Assembly: GCA_049322915.1 (NCBI GenBank)
Contig: JBMOPW010000034.1
Location: forward strand, 616,567 to 680,566
DNA length: 64,000 bases
Reading direction: 5' to 3'
DNA from: Candidatus Zhuqueibacterota bacterium
Lineage (GTDB): Bacteria > Zhuqueibacterota > Zhuqueibacteria > Thermofontimicrobiales > Thermofontimicrobiaceae
The notes below the pieces were generated by a model. The model worked only from the letters and a program-made list of their open reading frames with translations, ran no database searches and was not told the origin of the DNA. Both the position numbers and the translations under genes were made by a program. Positions 59,042-64,000 of this stretch are shown one piece after another. Each line of letters begins with the position of its first letter. Within the stretch, counting starts at the first letter, position 1.

Positions 59042-60289
59042 TCACTCGTATCGAATCGCCTGGACCGGATCCAGTTTGGACGCCTTCCAGGACGGATAAA
59101 TTGTGGCGATAAAACAGAGCGCAATGCCGGCTAATCCGATGAAAACGAAGTCCAGGACTTTCATCTCGACCGGCAATGAATTAATGAAATAAATATCCGA
59201 CGGCAGTGAAAACCACTTATAATGCAACTGGGACCAGCACAAAATGTAGCCCAAGGTGCATCCCACCGCTGTGCCGGTCACTCCCGAGATTAAGCCCTGA
59301 TAGACGAAAATTTTCATTACGGACTCGGACGAGGCGCCCATGGATTTCAAAATGCCGATCTCCTTCTTCTTCTCCAACACCACCATGATGAGGGTGCTGA
59401 CGATGTTAAATGCGGCGACCATGATGATGAGGCTCAGGATGATGAACGCCGCCCATTTTTCGATTTGCATCCATGAGAAAAGATTTTTATTTCGTTCATA
59501 CCAGGTCTCGGCCATGTAGGGATAACCGAAATGATCGCCCATTTCCGACGCAACCCGGGAGACCAGTTCAAGATTCATCTGATCCAGCATAATTTCCACG
59601 CCGGAAATCCGATCGCCCATACGGAATAAATTCTGCGCCGCTTCGATGGAGATATAACCAAAATTACTATCGTAGTCGTACAACCCGGTCTCGAACATGC
59701 CGGTCACAATGAAATGCTTCACATACGGCTGCTGCGGGATGAGAAAATTGCTTATGTTCGTGAAGCTGGCAATCCAGATTTTATCGTACAGTTGCACGTC
59801 CAGACGAAGCGCCAGATTGCGGCCCAGCACAATGCCAGGCACTGGTTTCCCGCCATCCACCTGAACCGAGTCCAGGTTCAATTCGCCCATGACGATATTG
59901 GTGGTCAGGTCTGAGACGTCGACGACGGTCTTCGAATCCACGCCCTTGATGAGCACAGCATCGGAGAATTCGCCATTCACAATCATGCCTTTGTTGAAAA
60001 TATAGGGTGACGTGGCAATGACGTGATCAAATTTCCTGAGCTGCTCGATGGTATCCTGATAATTTTCCAGGCCGCGATTGTGAAAGCTCCGGAATCGCAG
60101 ATGCGAGTCAAAGCCGATGATGCGCGACCGCACTTCCGTTTCAAAGCCATTCATCACAGAAAGGACAATGATGAGCGCCGCCACTCCGATGACGACGCCG
60201 GCAATGGAGAAATAATTGATCAGCGAGATAAAACCGGTGCGTCGTTTCGAGTGGAAGTAGCGTTTGGCAATAAATAATTCGTAGGACAT
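59042..60289 (-). CDS. lolE: Lipoprotein-releasing ABC transporter permease (LolC/E)
   Basis: IAKRYF, LSVMNGFE, AAFNIVSTL, EIGILKSMG, PSWKASKLDP. Confidence 0.88.
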   Translation of the reverse strand: MSYELFIAKRYFHSKRRTGFISLINYFSIAGVVIGVAALIIVLSVMNGFETEVRSRIIGFDSHLRFRSFHNRGLENYQDTIEQLRKFDHVIATSPYIFNKGMIVNGEFSDAVLIKGVDSKTVVDVSDLTTNIVMGELNLDSVQVDGGKPVPGIVLGRNLALRLDVQLYDKIWIASFTNISNFLIPQQPYVKHFIVTGMFETGLYDYDSNFGYISIEAAQNLFRMGDRISGVEIMLDQMNLELVSRVASEMGDHFGYPYMAETWYERNKNLFSWMQIEKWAAFIILSLIIMVAAFNIVSTLIMVVLEKKKEIGILKSMGASSESVMKIFVYQGLISGVTGTAVGCTLGYILCWSQLHYKWFSLPSDIYFINSLPVEMKVLDFVFIGLAGIALCFIATIYPSWKASKLDPVQAIRYE

Positions 60290-60483
60290 TTACATTCGCC
60301 TTCTTGGCTTAATCGATGTATGGTGTCGCCTGACTGTTTGAGCTGTTCATCCCCAATTCCCATGGCAGCGTCGTCATGCCCCGGTACGTCCGGACATCGT
60401 GCAATCTAAGTCCATCCAATCCGCAGACAGGGGGACGATCAAAGGAAAATCGCATGCTCGTGAAGATGCATTGCGCTCCGGCG

Positions 60484-61992
60484 CTATTCCACCCGTGCTT
60501 TTTCCGGCCGCATGTGCGGGAAGAAAATCACATCCCGGATGGATGGCGAATTGGTCAAAATCATGGTCAACCGGTCGATGCCGATGCCCAGTCCGCCGGT
60601 GGGAGGCATGCCGTATTCCAGGGCGCGGACGTAATCTTCGTCCATTTGATGCGCCTCTTCGTCCCCGGAATCGCGGTATTCCCGCTGCTGTTCGAATCGC
60701 TGTCGCTGGTCGATGGGGTCATTCAGTTCTGAAAATGCATTACAAAATTCTTTCCCGGCAAAAAAGCCTTCGAATCGCTCCACAACGCCTGGCTCGGACC
60801 GATGTTTTTTAGCCAGCGGAGAGAGCTCCAGCGGATAATCGATGACATAGGTCGGTTGAATCAAATTTGGCTCGACCTTCTCGCTGAAAATTTCATCGAT
60901 GATTTTGCCGACATCGGCGCCCTTTTCAATGGGCACATTCAGTTGAGCGGCGATGGCCATCAGCTCCTGTTTGCTCTTGCCGAAGAGTTCAAATCCGGTG
61001 TATTCCCGGAGCAGGTCAGCCATTTTCTTGCGCGGCCACGGTGGAGTGAAATCAATTTCATGTTCCTGATAAACGATTTTTTGGGAGCCTGCTACTGCGG
61101 CTACAGTCGCGCTGATCATCTGCTCCACCAGATCCATGATGAAATAATAATCCTGGTACGCCACGTAGAGTTCCAGCATAGTGAATTCCGGATTGTGAAA
61201 ACGGTCGATCCCCTCATTGCGAAAATCTTTGCCAAATTCAAACACCCCATCGAACCCACCGACGATCAATCGTTTCAAATATAACTCGTCAGCGATTCTC
61301 AAATACAAATCTATATCCAGCGCGTTGTGATGCGTGATGAACGGCCGCGCCGACGCACCGCCGTAAAGCGGTTGCAGGATGGGCGTTTCCACTTCAATGT
61401 AGCCTTTATCTTCCAGAAACCGGCGCATGGTTCGGATGATCACCGAGCGTTTGATGAACACATCTTTCACATCCTTGTTGACAATTAAATCCACGTACCG
61501 CTGTCGATAGCGCATCTCTTTATCGGCAAATTCGTCGTAGATCGTCTTTTCACCCTCTTCAATTTTCTCTTTGACAATGGGGAGAGTCCGCAGCGACTTG
61601 GCCAGCAAATGCAACTCTTTCGCCAGCACTGTGATTTCCTGTGTGTGAGTTTTGAACACTTCGCCTGCCACGCCGACAATATCGCCGATATCCACCAGCT
61701 TGAACACCTCGTACATCCTGTCCCCGACCTGATCCTGGCGAATGTACAATTGAATGCGGCCGCTGCCATCCATGATGTGACAGAACGCAGCCTTGCCGTG
61801 CCGGCGCAAAGCCATGATTCGTCCGGCAACGCGCACCGGTTTATTTTCATAATTCGAAAAGTCATCGACGATTGGCTGTGCAAAATGGGTTCGATTGAAA
61901 TTATAGGCGTATGGCTCGATCCCTAACTCTTTGAGCACGGGTATTTTATCATATCGTATTTTCTGAATATCGGTCAATTCTTCCACGTACAT
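60484..61992 (-). CDS. lysS: Lysine--tRNA ligase (class II)
   Basis: [54 protein letters not shown]; start ATG 61992. Confidence 0.97.
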   Translation of the reverse strand: MYVEELTDIQKIRYDKIPVLKELGIEPYAYNFNRTHFAQPIVDDFSNYENKPVRVAGRIMALRRHGKAAFCHIMDGSGRIQLYIRQDQVGDRMYEVFKLVDIGDIVGVAGEVFKTHTQEITVLAKELHLLAKSLRTLPIVKEKIEEGEKTIYDEFADKEMRYRQRYVDLIVNKDVKDVFIKRSVIIRTMRRFLEDKGYIEVETPILQPLYGGASARPFITHHNALDIDLYLRIADELYLKRLIVGGFDGVFEFGKDFRNEGIDRFHNPEFTMLELYVAYQDYYFIMDLVEQMISATVAAVAGSQKIVYQEHEIDFTPPWPRKKMADLLREYTGFELFGKSKQELMAIAAQLNVPIEKGADVGKIIDEIFSEKVEPNLIQPTYVIDYPLELSPLAKKHRSEPGVVERFEGFFAGKEFCNAFSELNDPIDQRQRFEQQREYRDSGDEEAHQMDEDYVRALEYGMPPTGGLGIGIDRLTMILTNSPSIRDVIFFPHMRPEKARVE

Positions 61993-62000
61993 TCTCCGTT

Positions 62001-63110
62001 CTAATTGATGTAAACTCTCGGTACCCGACTGGAAACCCAGCACGTCACTTCGTACGGAATGGTTCCAGTGATATTACAAATTTCATTGACTGTAAACGCA
62101 TGGTCTTCAGTTCGCCCGAACAGGATGACCTCGTCGCCAATCTCCACCACGTCGTTCAGGCCGACATCGACTAAAATCAAATCCATACACACGCGGCCGA
62201 CGACAGGAAATTGCTTGCCGCGAATGGTGACGCGCCCTTTGTTGGTCAGCAGCCGATTATAGCCATCGGCGTAACCGACTGGGATGGTCGCGATGCGCGT
62301 CTCCTGGCGGGCAATGAATTTTCGGCCGTAACTGACACTGGCGCCGGCCGGAATGATTTTCACATGAATGACCGCGGATTTGAACGTCATCGCCGGCTTC
62401 AGGTCGATGCTCTCCGTTGTTTCATTGGAGGGATAATAGCCGTACATCATCACCCCGGGCCGCACCATGTCCAGATAAGTCTCCGGCAAATCGAGAATGG
62501 CGCCGCTATTGGCCGCATGTTTCAGCGGGATGCGGATATTCATCTCCTCGGTTTCAGCAATGACGCGCTTGAAGCGATCGAACTGCAGATTGGCGTAACT
62601 CTTGTCGCGTTCATCCGATGTCGCAAAATGGGTGTAAAGCCCTTTGATGACCACTCCCTTCAATCCATTGACATACCCGATGAATTCAATTGTCTCGTCC
62701 AGGGCAATTCCAACACGCCCCATTCCTGTATCCACTTTGATGTGGACTGAAATCGGCGCCTGAAATTGTTCGGATAATTGAGATAATCCGAGGGCTATTT
62801 CTTTTGTGTAAATTGTAGGTTCCAGATTGAAGGCGAAATAGTCGCGCAACTGAGATGTGACTGCACCGCCAAACACAAGGATCGGCGCTTCGATCCCCTT
62901 ACTCCGAAGCTCCATCCCTTCTTCCAGCAGCGCGACTCCCAGATAGGTGGCGCCGTGGGCCAGAGCCGTGCGCGTCACCGGAATCACTCCGTGGCCGTAG
63001 GCGTTGGCTTTCACCACCGCCATCACCTGAGCCGGAAAAACTCTTTTTACAACAGCATCTATATTGTGCGCAATAGCAGATAAATCGATCTCCGCAAAAG
63101 TCGGGCGCAA
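62001..63110 (-). CDS. alr: Alanine racemase
   Basis: [50 protein letters not shown] start with GGAGG RBS. Confidence 0.96.
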   Translation of the reverse strand: MRPTFAEIDLSAIAHNIDAVVKRVFPAQVMAVVKANAYGHGVIPVTRTALAHGATYLGVALLEEGMELRSKGIEAPILVFGGAVTSQLRDYFAFNLEPTIYTKEIALGLSQLSEQFQAPISVHIKVDTGMGRVGIALDETIEFIGYVNGLKGVVIKGLYTHFATSDERDKSYANLQFDRFKRVIAETEEMNIRIPLKHAANSGAILDLPETYLDMVRPGVMMYGYYPSNETTESIDLKPAMTFKSAVIHVKIIPAGASVSYGRKFIARQETRIATIPVGYADGYNRLLTNKGRVTIRGKQFPVVGRVCMDLILVDVGLNDVVEIGDEVILFGRTEDHAFTVNEICNITGTIPYEVTCWVSSRVPRVYIN

Positions 63111-63302
63111 ATTCCCTCCGAAAAATTACTCGTCAACTCTCTTCAACAACTCCTTGTACGTGACCAGACTGTCTCCCACGACATCCGGCGCAATGGTTGG
63201 CTGGCATTGCATGGGCTCATTGGATTTTCTCTGGCGCCCTGGAGCAATAGCGTCATGAAGCTGGCCGAATGCTCGCTGCGCTTGAATTTCATGCGGCCCC
63301 GG

Positions 63303-64000
63303 TCAGTTCATTTTCAAATAAGCCTGGATGAAGGCATCGAGATTCCCATCCATCACATCCTGGATGTTGCTGGTTTCTTCTTTGGTGCGATGATCTTTCA
63401 CCAAATTGTAGGGATGAAATACATAAGACCGAATCTGGCTGCCCCAGGCGATTTCCTTCTTCGTCTTCTCCAGTTCCGCCAATTTCTTCTCTTCCTCTTC
63501 GCGCTGCTTTTGGTACAGCCGGGAGAGCAATATTTTCATGGCGTTTTCGCGATTCATGTGCTGGGATCGTTCCGATTGGCACTGAACCACGATCCCGGTC
63601 GGCAGATGCGTAATTCTCACAGCGGAACTGGTCTTGTTCACGTGCTGCCCGCCGGCGCCGCTGGCGCGATAGGTGTCCACTCTCAGATCCGATGAATTCA
63701 CGACTATTTCACTATTATTCTGGACTTCGGGATAAACGAACACCGAGGCAAACGATGTGTGGCGTCTGCTATTCGCATCAAAGGGCGAAATGCGAACTAA
63801 CCGATGGACGCCAATTTCTGACTTGAGATAGCCGTAGGCATATTCACCGGTCACTTCAATGGTAACATTCTTTATTCCGGCCTCTTCCCCGGCCTGCGAA
63901 TCAAGGATTTCAGCGTGATAGCCTTCCCGCTCTATCCAGCGCAGATACATTCGCATGAGCATTTGCGCCCAATCCTGGCTCTCGGTTCCGCCGGCGCCAG
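63303..64000 (-). CDS. prfB: Peptide chain release factor 2 (5' part outside window)
   Basis: HRLVRISPF (SPF), [16 protein letters not shown]; frame is open to the window edge. Confidence 0.96.
   Translation of the reverse strand, partial: GAGGTESQDWAQMLMRMYLRWIEREGYHAEILDSQAGEEAGIKNVTIEVTGEYAYGYLKSEIGVHRLVRISPFDANSRRHTSFASVFVYPEVQNNSEIVVNSSDLRVDTYRASGAGGQHVNKTSSAVRITHLPTGIVVQCQSERSQHMNRENAMKILLSRLYQKQREEEEKKLAELEKTKKEIAWGSQIRSYVFHPYNLVKDHRTKEETSNIQDVMDGNLDAFIQAYLKMN

Noticed and set aside
63126..63292. Small ORFs between prfB and alr
   Set aside because: Short, no convincing RBS or motif; cannot be supported
1..64000. CRISPR array, rRNA, tRNA, transposase or integrase genes
   Set aside because: No regularly spaced direct repeats with spacers, no cloverleaf or rRNA signatures, and no DDE, HUH or tyrosine-recombinase ORF seen by eye
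63303..64000. prfB programmed +1 frameshift
   Set aside because: The CTT-TGA site would lie upstream, outside the window

Overview
Bacterial chromosome segment in the standard genetic code, densely coding, from a diderm and probably anaerobic organism. The TonB receptor, T9SS-like C-terminal-domain protein, PorV-like gene and lolDE suggest the FCB group, e.g. KSB1/Calditrichota-like (inference only). Housekeeping genes (rmuC, uvrC, clpC, lolD/lolE, lysS, alr, partial prfB) and an amino-acid fermentation cluster (buk-iorA-iorB-ptb) flank the main object of interest, a ~23 kb minus-strand locus (17514-40887). This locus combines glycan-utilisation genes (TonB receptor, CTD protein, PorV-like barrel, GH38, two DUF4185/DUF5005-like propellers, PfkB kinase, HAD phosphatase) with cobalamin methyl-transfer parts (two corrinoid proteins, a UroD/MtaA-fold protein) behind a PocR-AraC regulator. 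Its only inner-membrane transporter is an exporter-fold ABC heterodimer with a short adaptor. Its GH38 has Thr in place of the catalytic nucleophile Asp, whereas a paralog at 46305 keeps the Asp. The working hypothesis is an uncharacterised corrinoid-dependent system for uptake and demethylation of O-methylated sugars or glycans. Also present: a complete sigma54 promoter/IHF/UAS module, several miniature inverted-repeat elements (one nested, one with a 6-bp TSD), a pseudoknot-capable leader RNA candidate and an antiporter remnant. No rRNA, tRNA, CRISPR array or transposase was seen. All family calls come from motif recognition by eye; no database search was run.
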